A stretch of 64,000 nt of DNA, taken from a virus. This document shows positions 18,874-29,856 of this stretch, one piece after another (the stretch's first letter is position 1; every line of letters begins with the position of its first letter). The stretch covers positions 1 to 64,000 of the IMG/VR virus record IMGVR_UViG_3300008107_000157; one strand, written 5' to 3'. Under the pieces are notes generated by a model. The model saw only the letters and a list, made by a program, of their open reading frames with translations. It made no database searches and was not told the DNA's origin. The position numbers and the translations under genes were made by a program.

Positions 18874-19229
18874 AATTTTATTAATTCCCTTTTAGCTGTT
18901 TCTAAATCCATAGCCTTATCATCTATAAGTAAATCATAATGCAATTTACCCATAAATAATCCGTGATGTTTTACACCCCATTCTTTTAAATGATTTAAAG
19001 TTAACTCATAAAGTTGTTCATATATAACTTTAATATCACCATCAAATGTTTTCATACCTCTTGCGGTATAGATATATATGGTATTTCCACCATCATATAA
19101 TTTATTGGAAATATCAATCATTTCTTGTATTGGTTTACAATGGTGGTATTTATCACCGCCTAAATGTTCTACATCTTTAGGTCTGTAACAAAGTGTATCA
19201 TCTAAATCAAAAGCAAATATTTTTTCCAT
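18870..19229 (-). CDS. Minimal HAD-superfamily phosphatase (capsule-biosynthesis type)
   Basis: FDLDDTL, YTARG and GK...IDDKA motifs. Confidence 0.85.
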   Translation of the reverse strand: MEKIFAFDLDDTLCYRPKDVEHLGGDKYHHCKPIQEMIDISNKLYDGGNTIYIYTARGMKTFDGDIKVIYEQLYELTLNHLKEWGVKHHGLFMGKLHYDLLIDDKAMDLETAKRELIKL

Positions 19230-20170
19230 TATGGTAAATGATTTAATTTATTTTTAATATTTTCTTTAACTATATTATCTATTTTTGGCATATTGTACAA
19301 ATCAAAACAATAATGGCCACACACTTTAATTAGTAATTTTTTAGATAAAGTAGTATTTCCATCCGGCACCCATCTCTGCCATTTCATAGATTTTAAACAT
19401 ATTTCATAAAATTCATCAATTTGTGTTTTTGTCATATGTTCTAAATAGGTAAGTGTTTCTATTTGAGCAATTTCAGGACCAATATTAATTGAATCCAACC
19501 CATTTTGAAATCGTATTTTTAATTCCGGTGTACTTAAATAATCTCCATTATGCTCTTTTGTTTTTTTACCAAATGATTTTACTAAAAGAGATTGTGTTTT
19601 TAATTTTTCTAAATTAAATATTCCCGTATTTTTTCCACCAACTAAATCCAATCCAACTCCTGATTGAATTACAATGTATATGATACTATCAAATTCATCT
19701 TTTGTCAAATTGGTTATTAAATATTGTAGAATATTGATTAGTTCGTTATCCGAAAATGGTTTTATAGCTTCTTCTGTAAGGATTTCAAATTTAGTATTTG
19801 GATTTATATGATGTATATATTTTATAGCATCTACTGTTTCTTTTATCCCTAACAAATGATTTTGAGTATATTTCCAAGGGTCTAAATGTATTACATCAAA
19901 GTAGTTTGCGTCGTGTGTATATGTCTCATACCCAAAATCTTCCACACTTCCTTGTAATGGGCCGGAATGGTCACGTTCTAATATTATATTAGGATTTATA
20001 GATTTGACGTATTCGTAAAAACTTTTAGTATTCCATCCATTTACATATCCACTATTAAAATCAATTTGTCTGCGTGTTGGTAACAATCCAAATGCTGAAT
20101 TGTTTAATTCCAAAACGGAATCAACAATGTTTTTAGACATTGGGCATATGTAATATTTAGGTAGCATCAT
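19229..20170 (-). CDS. GatZ/KbaZ-like TIM-barrel sugar-phosphate epimerase/aldolase-like protein
   Basis: RRQID..GY, RDHSGP, IHLDP, KEHNGDY and INIGPE motifs. Confidence 0.6.
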   Translation of the reverse strand: MMLPKYYICPMSKNIVDSVLELNNSAFGLLPTRRQIDFNSGYVNGWNTKSFYEYVKSINPNIILERDHSGPLQGSVEDFGYETYTHDANYFDVIHLDPWKYTQNHLLGIKETVDAIKYIHHINPNTKFEILTEEAIKPFSDNELINILQYLITNLTKDEFDSIIYIVIQSGVGLDLVGGKNTGIFNLEKLKTQSLLVKSFGKKTKEHNGDYLSTPELKIRFQNGLDSINIGPEIAQIETLTYLEHMTKTQIDEFYEICLKSMKWQRWVPDGNTTLSKKLLIKVCGHYCFDLYNMPKIDNIVKENIKNKLNHLP

Positions 20171-20798
20171 ATTCTATTCCTGTATATAATTTGAATTGAT
20201 GCTTTGCTTGATATTCTGCAACAATTTTTCCATAATGAGTATGTGGTCTTAAATCTATTATTTTATTGTGTGTAGATTCAAATTCAATTGGAGTTGCGTT
20301 TATAAAAATCTCATCTACAACATTAAACATTGTTTTGGTATCCTCCCTTTTAATTATCTTATATTCAATATTCATTTTTTTACAAGCATATTGAATTGCT
20401 TTACTAAATCCCCCATTACCAATTATGTTTATATTCTTTTCTATGTTAATATACGAAAAAAAATCAATAATACCAAAAAAATCGGTATTAAATCCGGTCA
20501 ATTCTCCATTTATATTTACAACAGTATTAACCGCTCCTATTTTATGAGAAATTTCATCCAAATGATTTAGATATGGTATTACATTTATTTTATGTGGCAT
20601 ACTTAACGCAAATCCACTAAATCCCAAATGCTTTACAGAAGTAATTGTATCTTTTATGTTATCCGAATAAAAGGATTTATATATTGCATTTATATTATGC
20701 TTTTCAAATGCGGCATTAAAAAATAAACATCCGTTGTTGCCAGGTGTTTCTGAAAATGAACCAAAGATTTTTGTATCTTTATTTATTTGCAAACCCAT
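20157..20798 (-). CDS. Shikimate dehydrogenase-like oxidoreductase
   Basis: SMPHK, IGAVNTV, GFNTD, GNGG, NATP and QAKHQF.LYTG motifs. Confidence 0.8.
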   Translation of the reverse strand: MGLQINKDTKIFGSFSETPGNNGCLFFNAAFEKHNINAIYKSFYSDNIKDTITSVKHLGFSGFALSMPHKINVIPYLNHLDEISHKIGAVNTVVNINGELTGFNTDFFGIIDFFSYINIEKNINIIGNGGFSKAIQYACKKMNIEYKIIKREDTKTMFNVVDEIFINATPIEFESTHNKIIDLRPHTHYGKIVAEYQAKHQFKLYTGIEYDAT

Positions 20799-22689
20799 AA
20801 AGTATTTCTATTGATTTGAACCACAACATTTTTGAAAACTTCTCATCATGCAATGGCGACATATTTAAAAATATTAAGCCAGTTATTAGTTTTACTTTAT
20901 CTAAGTCAAACCCAACTTTAATGACCCAATCTTCAAATTCTTTTTTAAATAAATTTAGATTATCCGAAATATCGTATGAATATCTAATCGAATATTCCCC
21001 TTCAACATAATCTATATTAGATTCATCCTTCATCATATTATATGGTATTATAGAACCACCATATAATTTAGCTAAATCATAGTATATATCGCCCGATTCA
21101 GTATAGCCTCCAAACGATTCTCTCCAATCAATATATGTAAATTTATCATTTTTTGAATTATAAATAATATTATCAAATTGAAGGTCTCCGTGAAACACTT
21201 TATAAAAAGTATTACTATTAAACTTACTAAAATTTATATTACCAAAAAAAGAATCATATGATGGGTAATCTACTCCATTTATGTTATGTGGATGTTTAAA
21301 ATACTTATCCCCATTTTTACTTATAAATTTATTAAGTCTTTGATAAGTTTTATCTTTGTAAAATTTATGAATGTGCTCCAATGAATTATTAGAAATATTT
21401 TGTAAATTATTTTCTAATGTTTTTAAAAATTTTTTAAACAATTCTAAATTATCAATGGTGTACAACGTATTACCATCTTCCCAATTATAATACATAAACT
21501 TTGAAACACATCCAAAGTTAGATGGAATTTGATTTTGAATTAATTGAGCTCGTTTAATTCTATTTTCTAATATGTTTGTATCAGGTGTAAATTTAATAAA
21601 TAAATTACCTTCTTTGTACGTTATTTCATTATTATCTTTTTGTAATGATAATGGAACATCGTTAAAATATTGCTTTGTTTTATTTAAATCATCTAAGTTG
21701 CCGGTATCTAACCACTTTAGTTTTTTAATTTTAAATGTTGGATATTCTAATGGCGATTCAAATGCTGATACCAATTCTCCATTAATAGTTTTTGATTCCA
21801 ACTGCTTCCAAAATACATTATAATCCCATATTCCCGCCAATCCAATAAATGCCAAATCAAAACCGCTTTCGCTTTTATTAGAATAATTTATAATATTATC
21901 ACCATCAGATAATATTGTAGAATATTTTTCAGGATATGATGTTGGTTGAACTCCTAACCAATTACCATCTAAATGTGGCATTGGTGAATCGATTAGACAA
22001 TCGCAAGTTGTTATATAAAAAGGTCTTTGCAAATATTCCTTACACTTTAATGTAGAATATCCAGGACCAGAACCTTGTCCATCTATATTGTCTATTTCGA
22101 CAAATGTAAATTTATGATTAGGAAACACTAATTTACAATATTCTTTAACCAATTCACCTTTGTATCCAATTGCTACTATAAATTCATAATCTTTTGGAAA
22201 TTTATCAATTATGTGAGATATAATTGCACGGTTGTTAATTGGTAAAAGTGCTTTGTTAATTTCTTTTGTAAGAGTTTCCAATCGTGTTCCTAATCCAGCT
22301 GCTAATATTAATACAGCAGGAGTCTGATGTTCTCCTTCTATTTTACCATCTCCTCTAGCGAATTCATCATTGATTCTGATTACATCATCTACTTCGGGTG
22401 TAGAAACTTCCTGAAGTATTATATCGGTAAGTGCTATAACTCTGTGCTTTTTTGGTGGAGTTACATTAAAGTAATCTCCTGCTTTCATAATTTTCTTTTC
22501 AACAACTCCCTCATCGTTTTCTAACCATACCTCTGCTTCACCGGAAATTATATAATTGGTTTCTTTTTTGAAATTATGATATTGATAAGATGTTTTGTAT
22601 CCAGCATTTATGTATATGCGTTTATAACAATATCTATCATTGAGTTCTAACCACTCTTCTTTGCCCCAAGGCTTTGTAACTGTTTTCAT
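20779..22689 (-). CDS. Cupin, NTP-transferase and aminoglycoside/choline kinase-like triple fusion
   Basis: KPWG..SYQYH..K.ET cupin; LAAGLGTRL..NKALLP nucleotidyltransferase; HGDLQFDNI..IDWR..YDLAKL kinase. Confidence 0.85.
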   Translation of the reverse strand: MKTVTKPWGKEEWLELNDRYCYKRIYINAGYKTSYQYHNFKKETNYIISGEAEVWLENDEGVVEKKIMKAGDYFNVTPPKKHRVIALTDIILQEVSTPEVDDVIRINDEFARGDGKIEGEHQTPAVLILAAGLGTRLETLTKEINKALLPINNRAIISHIIDKFPKDYEFIVAIGYKGELVKEYCKLVFPNHKFTFVEIDNIDGQGSGPGYSTLKCKEYLQRPFYITTCDCLIDSPMPHLDGNWLGVQPTSYPEKYSTILSDGDNIINYSNKSESGFDLAFIGLAGIWDYNVFWKQLESKTINGELVSAFESPLEYPTFKIKKLKWLDTGNLDDLNKTKQYFNDVPLSLQKDNNEITYKEGNLFIKFTPDTNILENRIKRAQLIQNQIPSNFGCVSKFMYYNWEDGNTLYTIDNLELFKKFLKTLENNLQNISNNSLEHIHKFYKDKTYQRLNKFISKNGDKYFKHPHNINGVDYPSYDSFFGNINFSKFNSNTFYKVFHGDLQFDNIIYNSKNDKFTYIDWRESFGGYTESGDIYYDLAKLYGGSIIPYNMMKDESNIDYVEGEYSIRYSYDISDNLNLFKKEFEDWVIKVGFDLDKVKLITGLIFLNMSPLHDEKFSKMLWFKSIEILYGFANK

Positions 22690-22709
22690 ATTAATATGTT
22701 CTATTAATT

Positions 22710-22717
22710 ATAAATAT
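22710..22717 (-). promoter_or_regulatory. ATATTTAT putative late promoter heading the nucleotide-sugar sub-operon
   Basis: Sits in the 29-nt gap upstream of the 22689 start. Confidence 0.55.
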
Positions 22718-22718
22718 A

Positions 22719-23480
22719 CTAAACGGGTAAATTAAAAAAATACCTTCTCCAATTGTTTTCGTAATCTTCTATTGTTCTATTTTGTTCATAAAGATTACTC
22801 CATCGGTATGGGATACCTTCATTTCCACAAAACAATCGTTTAAACGATATATTATTTTTGATTAAATATTCCGCCATTTCCGTTTGCCAATCTACTTCAT
22901 TCGTTCCCAATCTTTCGAAGTAATAATTTACAGCAACATCAAAAACGTTTGATGTAGCAATCCAAAAAACATCTTCAAATTTATTTAAACTTATTACATT
23001 TCCAAAATCCATAGTATATATACTATTTCCGTAATCGGAATTTAATATTATTTCCAATTCATCTTTTAATTTATATGATGGGTTATAAATAAAATCAGGC
23101 CTTATTTTTATTATAAAATGATAATCTAAATTATTTTCTTTTTGATATTCTTTTCTTAGTTTATCACATTCATATAAAGAATAAAATAAAGGTTCTATTT
23201 TAATATATTGTTTTTGCCAGTCAATAAAATCATCAACAATCATTTTTTTAGGATTCCATATTTTTGAAAATTCTTCAAACAAAGAATTAGGCTCTTTAAA
23301 TGGAACACCTGCTATACTTAAATCCGATGATGTTTCACTTCTAACATCCCAAGTATGAACAAATACATCGCATTGGTCTATTAAATCTCCTATAAAATTT
23401 TTAATATTTTTATAGGTTAATAACCCTGTTCTTATTTGTCCACTAAAACAAATCGCTATTTTTATATTTTCAATTTTCAT
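22719..23480 (-). CDS. Putative glycosyltransferase, SGQxR family paralog
   Basis: IAICFSGQIR, FVHTW, KIRPD and EDVF motifs. Confidence 0.6.
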   Translation of the reverse strand: MKIENIKIAICFSGQIRTGLLTYKNIKNFIGDLIDQCDVFVHTWDVRSETSSDLSIAGVPFKEPNSLFEEFSKIWNPKKMIVDDFIDWQKQYIKIEPLFYSLYECDKLRKEYQKENNLDYHFIIKIRPDFIYNPSYKLKDELEIILNSDYGNSIYTMDFGNVISLNKFEDVFWIATSNVFDVAVNYYFERLGTNEVDWQTEMAEYLIKNNISFKRLFCGNEGIPYRWSNLYEQNRTIEDYENNWRRYFFNLPV

Positions 23481-24378
23481 TTAAATAAACTTTGTTGTCC
23501 ATATCATCAAAATCAACACCAACCTCATTAGGTAAGTCATATACATAAAAATTACCATTAGGGTTTAATTTATAATAGCTATAATAATATCCATCAGCTT
23601 CTGATATTTTTTCTATACACTCTTTACTAACCTCTTCCTTTGCTAAATGTTTATATGCATCTCTTAACACAAATGGTTCATCAAACGCATGTATTGGATT
23701 TATGTTTTTAAAAAATGTGTGCATATATTGAGTATATCCATATCCATCATTTTTACAATACGCTGGATTTATTGATTTATCATATTTCATTTTGTCTATA
23801 AAAAATGTTGAATATGAGTCCATTGTTTTAGAATTTGAAATAAAAAAAATATCGTTTGCGCTTATTGTATTTAAAATACTAGTCCAGTCTGAGCTATATC
23901 TGAAATGAGTAGCCATTGTATTATCACTCTTACTTAAAATATGCTCAATATGCTCATCAAACGTATCAACATTTTTAAACATAGAATCCGGTCTTATTTT
24001 TATAACAATATCATATTTAAAATTATGTTTTCTTTCATACCATCTTTTTAAAATAATACTTTTATAAAAAGAATACCAAAGCTCTAATCCACTACCAAAT
24101 CCTTTTTCTACATATTTTTTTAAATAATCCAAATGCGATTCTATTTTTATTGCTTTTGGATTGTAAGTTTGTTTTAAAAATTCTACTTCATCCGATGTAA
24201 TAAATCTAGTACGATGTGGATAAATGTTTGTGCCATTGAAATTTTTGTAAGATGTGTTATCCCAAGTATGAATAAAAAAATCAATCTCATGCTTTTTGCT
24301 TGAGAAAAATCGTTTTAGATTAGGTGCACATTCGTTTGCTGTCCTAATCTGCCCACTAAAACATACTGCTACTTTCAT
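23470..24378 (-). CDS. Putative glycosyltransferase, SGQxR family paralog
   Basis: VAVCFSGQIR, FIHTW, KIRPD and NDIF motifs. Confidence 0.6.
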   Translation of the reverse strand: MKVAVCFSGQIRTANECAPNLKRFFSSKKHEIDFFIHTWDNTSYKNFNGTNIYPHRTRFITSDEVEFLKQTYNPKAIKIESHLDYLKKYVEKGFGSGLELWYSFYKSIILKRWYERKHNFKYDIVIKIRPDSMFKNVDTFDEHIEHILSKSDNTMATHFRYSSDWTSILNTISANDIFFISNSKTMDSYSTFFIDKMKYDKSINPAYCKNDGYGYTQYMHTFFKNINPIHAFDEPFVLRDAYKHLAKEEVSKECIEKISEADGYYYSYYKLNPNGNFYVYDLPNEVGVDFDDMDNKVYLNEN

Positions 24379-25187
24379 AATTTTTTATCTACAAAGATAA
24401 AAAACTTTTTTGAAAATTCCAAATGCCATTTTTCGCCAGGGTGATGATTATCTCTTGCTGCAAAATCGGTTTGATAACAATCCAATGGTTCAAAAAATGT
24501 GCTATAATCAATTGTATTTTTAAGATGCGGTTTTAGTTCTTTAAATATATCGTAATAATATCCGGAAATGGTATGTATAACATTTATATTATATAGTTTT
24601 GCGGTCATTTCAACCAATTTATAAGCTTCCCAAAACTCCATTAAATCCTGATAATCATTTCTTAGTTCAACAAATAATCTATCTTCTTCTTCGTTTTTCC
24701 AAATAACATCTCTTTCATGTGCTAATCTAAACCCCCCTACCTTTTTAAATACTCCATTATCTTTTAAGTAATCTCGTCTACTAAACCCAGGCCACATTAT
24801 TAAAACCAAATCGGGTTTAATTTCGGATGTTACAATTTTATAAAAATTTTTAGCTGTAAAAGAAGTTGATACACCATATGTTCCATAATTAAATAAAGAT
24901 ACTTTTTTATTTATTTTATTTTGTATTTTTTCTGCTATCAATGTAGGCCATATGGCTTCATTTCTAACGCCAACACCCATAGTCCAAGAACACCCTAATG
25001 TTAGAATATTATATTCTGATTTGTTTTTGAATGAATTTGAACGGTATCCATGCTCATTCATTTTATATAAAATAGAACCATCATCTTTTGTATCACTAGC
25101 TATTGTGAGTAGTTCCTTATTTACATAATTTTTGTTTATAAAAACATCATCCGATAGTATTAATTCGTAATCTTTTGTATAACTCAT
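24375..25187 (-). CDS. SGNH-like hydrolase/acyltransferase
   Basis: LGCSWTMG...RDNHHPG. Confidence 0.65.
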   Translation of the reverse strand: MSYTKDYELILSDDVFINKNYVNKELLTIASDTKDDGSILYKMNEHGYRSNSFKNKSEYNILTLGCSWTMGVGVRNEAIWPTLIAEKIQNKINKKVSLFNYGTYGVSTSFTAKNFYKIVTSEIKPDLVLIMWPGFSRRDYLKDNGVFKKVGGFRLAHERDVIWKNEEEDRLFVELRNDYQDLMEFWEAYKLVEMTAKLYNINVIHTISGYYYDIFKELKPHLKNTIDYSTFFEPLDCYQTDFAARDNHHPGEKWHLEFSKKFFIFVDKKL

Positions 25188-25189
25188 TT

Positions 25190-26635
25190 TTAAATAATAT
25201 TATGTGTGATATCATAGAATTCTTTAACTAAATCTTCTCCAAATAATTTATTCTTATGATGATTTATTAATGTTCTATGATTATGAATTAGTATATCTTC
25301 CATTTTCCAATACCAATCGTGTATTTCCTCTTTACTCATTTCACATAATCTTTTAACTTCTAAAAATATAGCTTCTAATCTTTCATTAACATTTTCTATA
25401 TTATCATAGCTTTCATCGATAAACCCTTCAAATGTTTTAAATCCTAAATTTCTCAATAATTGTAATCCTCCTGGGAATGCAACAAAGAAAAATGGTTGGA
25501 AATTTATAATTGGTTTAAATATTTTTTCCGTTAATGATTTGTGGTCGCCATGTACAAATGTTTCAAAACATATTTCAAAATAAGAATTTATATGTGGTTG
25601 AAAGTGAGAATCAGTCCACGCATTAATTTGTCCATATGATATATCTCTTTCACTTTGTAAAACATGCGGAGCCGTTTCATGTAACCTTTTAATATTTCCC
25701 AAATGTTGATTTTTTAAGTCATAATTTTGAATTACGTGCTGAACCGAATCCATAAAATTTTGGTTAACATTTGGTGTAAGGAATGAAAAATCTCCCATTT
25801 CCAATAAATTAGCACTTGCCATTTTATACAAAAATGCGATTCTATGCTGTCTACCATTTCTAATTTTCATTAAAAAATGGTTTTTTCTTATTGTATTTTT
25901 TGTATTTAAAAAATCAGCTTCGGTCATACAAACTCCTGTATTTCTTTCTAATTCACTATTATAATACCAAGAGCTATGGTCTAAACAGAATGGTAAATTT
26001 CTAACTGAATACATTCTTTCATTTTCTGGATAATAGTTCTCATAACAAGTTCTTGCATTAAAACTATTTACACATAAAATTATAGATTCTTTTGGAATAC
26101 CACTATTTTTTAATCCTTCGTGAAATGCATCATGTAAGTATTTATCAATATATGGCTCCATTGAATAATCTATGAATATAATTCCATCTTTTCGTAAAAT
26201 ATGTTCCATAGCTTGTGCCGAAATATATTTCCAAAAGAATTCCCCATTCATTCTACTACCAATTGTTTGATTTACGCCAATAAAATCACTTAATACAGGA
26301 TTAGGTTTTATTGGATATATAAATCTATCTTGTCCATTATTATTGTTATATAATGGTTTTTGTATAAAATCTAATATAGGTTGATAAACTTGTGCTTGAT
26401 AAAAATACCCAGTACCGGAATTAGGCATACCATTAAATTTATCCCCAAACAATTCTTGTAAACCAATTTGCTGTTCAAACACAGTTGCATTTTGTGCTTT
26501 ATTTGTGTGCATTGAAGCTAAATAATTTACAATACCAATTTCAGGCATAGTTGCATTTGGTAAAATGAAACTTGGAAAAAAGTAATCAAAAACGAAGTTT
26601 AATTTATATTTGTTCATATTAAAATAAGGGAGCAC
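25190..26635 (-). CDS. Putative glycosyltransferase (C-terminus reminiscent of the GT10-like GT-B nucleotide-binding region)
   Basis: SYFEICFET...LTEKIFKPI...LGFKTF..IDESYD. Confidence 0.5.
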   Translation of the reverse strand: MLPYFNMNKYKLNFVFDYFFPSFILPNATMPEIGIVNYLASMHTNKAQNATVFEQQIGLQELFGDKFNGMPNSGTGYFYQAQVYQPILDFIQKPLYNNNNGQDRFIYPIKPNPVLSDFIGVNQTIGSRMNGEFFWKYISAQAMEHILRKDGIIFIDYSMEPYIDKYLHDAFHEGLKNSGIPKESIILCVNSFNARTCYENYYPENERMYSVRNLPFCLDHSSWYYNSELERNTGVCMTEADFLNTKNTIRKNHFLMKIRNGRQHRIAFLYKMASANLLEMGDFSFLTPNVNQNFMDSVQHVIQNYDLKNQHLGNIKRLHETAPHVLQSERDISYGQINAWTDSHFQPHINSYFEICFETFVHGDHKSLTEKIFKPIINFQPFFFVAFPGGLQLLRNLGFKTFEGFIDESYDNIENVNERLEAIFLEVKRLCEMSKEEIHDWYWKMEDILIHNHRTLINHHKNKLFGEDLVKEFYDITHNII

Positions 26636-27413
26636 CGAATGCTTTGTTTTTTTGTTGATTAAAATTCAGTTGATATGATTGTTGTTGATTGTGCCAAGAT
26701 GAAGTATCCTTTAACGATTCTAACAATTCAAATGTATTTTTAGATTTTTCTGTATCGAATTGTGGAAATTTATCTTTCATAAATTCGTAATGCATCTTTT
26801 GAGTAGGATGTGCATCTCTGAAATCTTCTTTTTTATATAACTCATAATCATTTGGATACTCATATCGTTTTCCCTTCCACTTATCTAATGATTCAGAATC
26901 GGCTAATGAATTGTAAATATTGTTTACAAATTTATTTGATAAAGCGTTTGTTAATGTATCATCAAACGGAGATTCTTCAAAATAAATACTATCCATAGCC
27001 ATTAGCAATTTATTTTCTAAAGCTTTATATCTCAATAATTGTTTGATTGTGTTTATTGCTATCCAAGAATTATAAATTCCCCAATCTTCGGACCACATTT
27101 GATTTCTAAATTGTTCTGGGTATGTTTCATTTTTATAAACGCTTCCTTGTAATTTCCAACCAACTTTATCGTAGTATGAAAATCTATTGAAATTAGTAAA
27201 CATAACAACTATGTAATCCGTTTCATAATCAAATTTATATTTAACATCTGCTTCTATAAATTTACTCATTATATATGTGTTGCATGCTCCACCTCTTCCA
27301 AAGTTGTAGTATTCTTCAAAGTTTGAACCAATATAATCTGCCCAAGTTCCAGCTATATGACATGTGTAACTACACCCAAATGCAAAAAATCTTTTTTTAT
27401 TTACTCCATCCAT
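26619..27413 (-). CDS. SGNH-like hydrolase/acyltransferase
   Basis: FGCSYT, NFGRGGACN and RDAHPT motifs. Confidence 0.65.
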   Translation of the reverse strand: MDGVNKKRFFAFGCSYTCHIAGTWADYIGSNFEEYYNFGRGGACNTYIMSKFIEADVKYKFDYETDYIVVMFTNFNRFSYYDKVGWKLQGSVYKNETYPEQFRNQMWSEDWGIYNSWIAINTIKQLLRYKALENKLLMAMDSIYFEESPFDDTLTNALSNKFVNNIYNSLADSESLDKWKGKRYEYPNDYELYKKEDFRDAHPTQKMHYEFMKDKFPQFDTEKSKNTFELLESLKDTSSWHNQQQSYQLNFNQQKNKAFGAPLF

Positions 27414-28197
27414 TGCTTTGTAATTTTTTTATTATCGTTTCAAAAACCTCTTTATGGCCTTCGGCTGATGTATGTAGTGTATTCAAATCATCGGGATACT
27501 TCTTTGATAATATCCCCCAATCTACGTTAACTAAACTTTCATCTGGTATATAATTTTTAAAATCCGCATCATAAGTTAATACCAATGATTTTATATTTCT
27601 ATTTTCTAATAAATTATATGCCATAGTAATTACGCCTATATCATAATAACGTTGTATTCTATCATCAAAAACTTCTGCATAATAATTTCTAAGTAAACGC
27701 ATTCTATCAGGCCTTTCGTTTTTGAATTTAGCAAAGTAATCTCCAGCTCCACGCTTTCCATCTAAAACATTATCCACATAATCTACTACACCATAATAAT
27801 TTTCAGTAAACATTTCGCCTGTATATCTTTCATCATATTTCATTGGGTTTTCTAAAATATACTGATAAGTATCTCTCCCATATGGCGGATATTGATGGTA
27901 ATTAACACCTGTTAATTTCAAATCTCCATCGGATGCATCCGCATCTTCTGGAAACCATTCTACTCTATTATATGAGGTTGGTGCAATACATACAAAATCT
28001 ATATCCGATGGATTTATATTTTCTACAACATATTTTACTTGTAAAAAAATAGATAGATTTGTGGATGAGCCTTTTGCATAGTTTAAAATATTTCTATCAA
28101 ACTTATTTGCTAGCCTAGAACCATATGGTTCATTGTGTAAATCGTGGCACCCTATTCCAATACTAAATGAATCACCACAAATAACTATATTTTTCAT
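27397..28197 (-). CDS. SGNH-like hydrolase/acyltransferase
   Basis: CGDSFS, NYAKGSSTN and TLHTSAEGH motifs. Confidence 0.65.
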   Translation of the reverse strand: MKNIVICGDSFSIGIGCHDLHNEPYGSRLANKFDRNILNYAKGSSTNLSIFLQVKYVVENINPSDIDFVCIAPTSYNRVEWFPEDADASDGDLKLTGVNYHQYPPYGRDTYQYILENPMKYDERYTGEMFTENYYGVVDYVDNVLDGKRGAGDYFAKFKNERPDRMRLLRNYYAEVFDDRIQRYYDIGVITMAYNLLENRNIKSLVLTYDADFKNYIPDESLVNVDWGILSKKYPDDLNTLHTSAEGHKEVFETIIKKLQSNGWSK

Positions 28198-28198
28198 A

Positions 28199-28972
28199 TT
28201 AACGATTTATTCTTTTTCTTAAATAAGTATCTATACGTTTTAATTCTTCTTCAGAAAAAACATTTAATTCTTTATAATAATGTAGAGTTGTAAATGTATC
28301 TAAACTTCCGGACCAGTGCCATCCAAATGCGTTTGAATTGTATTTAAAAAATGATGAAAAATTAAAAGAATCACATATTTCATCATTTTCATTTAATGGA
28401 TTAAATGGTTCGTTTAATAATAAATTTTTATTTTCTATAAATTCACACCAATCATATCTTATTCTACTATCTTCGCCGGGTATCTTTTTAGCATTATGTT
28501 TATAAAACATAGAGTAATACGAATCTTCATTTGTATATAAAGAATTTACATTACCAAATCCATTTATACACTCCATTAATTCATTGGTTGATAGATTTCG
28601 CATCATATTGGTTTTTCTTAAAGAAAATCCACCATTTTGTAAACGATGTCCACCGCCAATGAAATCATATTTTAGCCAATTCGGATTCCAACTTAATGGG
28701 TTTATTATAAATCCATCCCATTGGAAAGTTAAATAATATTCGGTATTTACTAACCAAGGTAATTCTCTTACAAAAAAGTTTTCGAATTCGCCGGTTTTTA
28801 AACTTCGATTGAATCCATTTAACGGAGAAAATTCTAATATTTCTCCAAAATTAATATATTGCTTTGAATAATCTAATGCTTTCTTTACTATTATGTTTCG
28901 TATGTTAGATTCTGATGGATTATCTCTATAATCATCTACTATAACAACAGATACATTTGTTAAATCTAACAT
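28199..28972 (-). CDS. DUF5672-like putative glycosyltransferase
   Basis: FQWDGFI, YDFIGG, NGGFSLRK, NED and FGWH motifs. Confidence 0.7.
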   Translation of the reverse strand: MLDLTNVSVVIVDDYRDNPSESNIRNIIVKKALDYSKQYINFGEILEFSPLNGFNRSLKTGEFENFFVRELPWLVNTEYYLTFQWDGFIINPLSWNPNWLKYDFIGGGHRLQNGGFSLRKTNMMRNLSTNELMECINGFGNVNSLYTNEDSYYSMFYKHNAKKIPGEDSRIRYDWCEFIENKNLLLNEPFNPLNENDEICDSFNFSSFFKYNSNAFGWHWSGSLDTFTTLHYYKELNVFSEEELKRIDTYLRKRINR

Positions 28973-28974
28973 TA

Positions 28975-29856
28975 TTAAAGTAATTTGTATTGATTTATAT
29001 ATCTAACCAATTCTTCAGCCCAAATAGTATGTGATTCAGGAGATGGGTGCCATCCATAATATACGGGGGTTGGATTTTTCTTTTCCATAAAACTTTTAAA
29101 TGTATTGTTTGGTTGGTCTTTTTTATAGAAACGAATTCTATCTACTGTATCCCACATTGGAACGTAATCATATTGATAAACGTGTCTACCTTTATGATTG
29201 GATATACTATATGGAGTACCATGTAAGTTTAATTTTTGTAACTCGTCTCTAACGTTTAAATCTTCCCAATCCATTGGATTTTTTCCTGGTGTTTGATAAA
29301 ACGCATTAAACATCATCCATTTAATATTATGAGCTTTAAAAAAGTTTTGAAGTTGTAAAACGTTCATAACATATCTTGGTAAATATTCTTCCGCATTCCA
29401 AAGATATTGTACATATAACTTCCAAAATTCTTCTTGCTGTGGTTTATCGAAGTGCTGAACTTGTGGCCATAATCTAAATCTCATTGAGAAGTTTTCAATA
29501 TCATCCTTATACCAAAAGAAATTTCTTTCAGGAGATGACCATCCAACTATTACAAATAAATCATCTGTTGGTAATTCTTTATCAATGTAATTTGATGTTA
29601 TATATGCCATTGTTCTATGTGCAATAGTTCCATTATCATCGGCAGGCCAAGCTAAGTTTGTAACTTCTGCATTCATCATTTCTGATAATCGTGTTGGAAA
29701 TATTTTTGGAATTCTATAATTATCATTCTCTTCCATCCAATCATATTTACCAGGATGAACTTCACCATCGAATCTCATACTGATTTGTGGGTCTGCTATT
29801 TCAGAACCAAATACCCAACTATCTCCATTGGTAATTATTTTTAATTTTTTATTCAT
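28975..29856 (-). CDS. SGNH-like hydrolase/acyltransferase
   Basis: NGDSWVFG, VGWSSPER and WHPSPESH motifs. Confidence 0.65.
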   Translation of the reverse strand: MNKKLKIITNGDSWVFGSEIADPQISMRFDGEVHPGKYDWMEENDNYRIPKIFPTRLSEMMNAEVTNLAWPADDNGTIAHRTMAYITSNYIDKELPTDDLFVIVGWSSPERNFFWYKDDIENFSMRFRLWPQVQHFDKPQQEEFWKLYVQYLWNAEEYLPRYVMNVLQLQNFFKAHNIKWMMFNAFYQTPGKNPMDWEDLNVRDELQKLNLHGTPYSISNHKGRHVYQYDYVPMWDTVDRIRFYKKDQPNNTFKSFMEKKNPTPVYYGWHPSPESHTIWAEELVRYINQYKLL

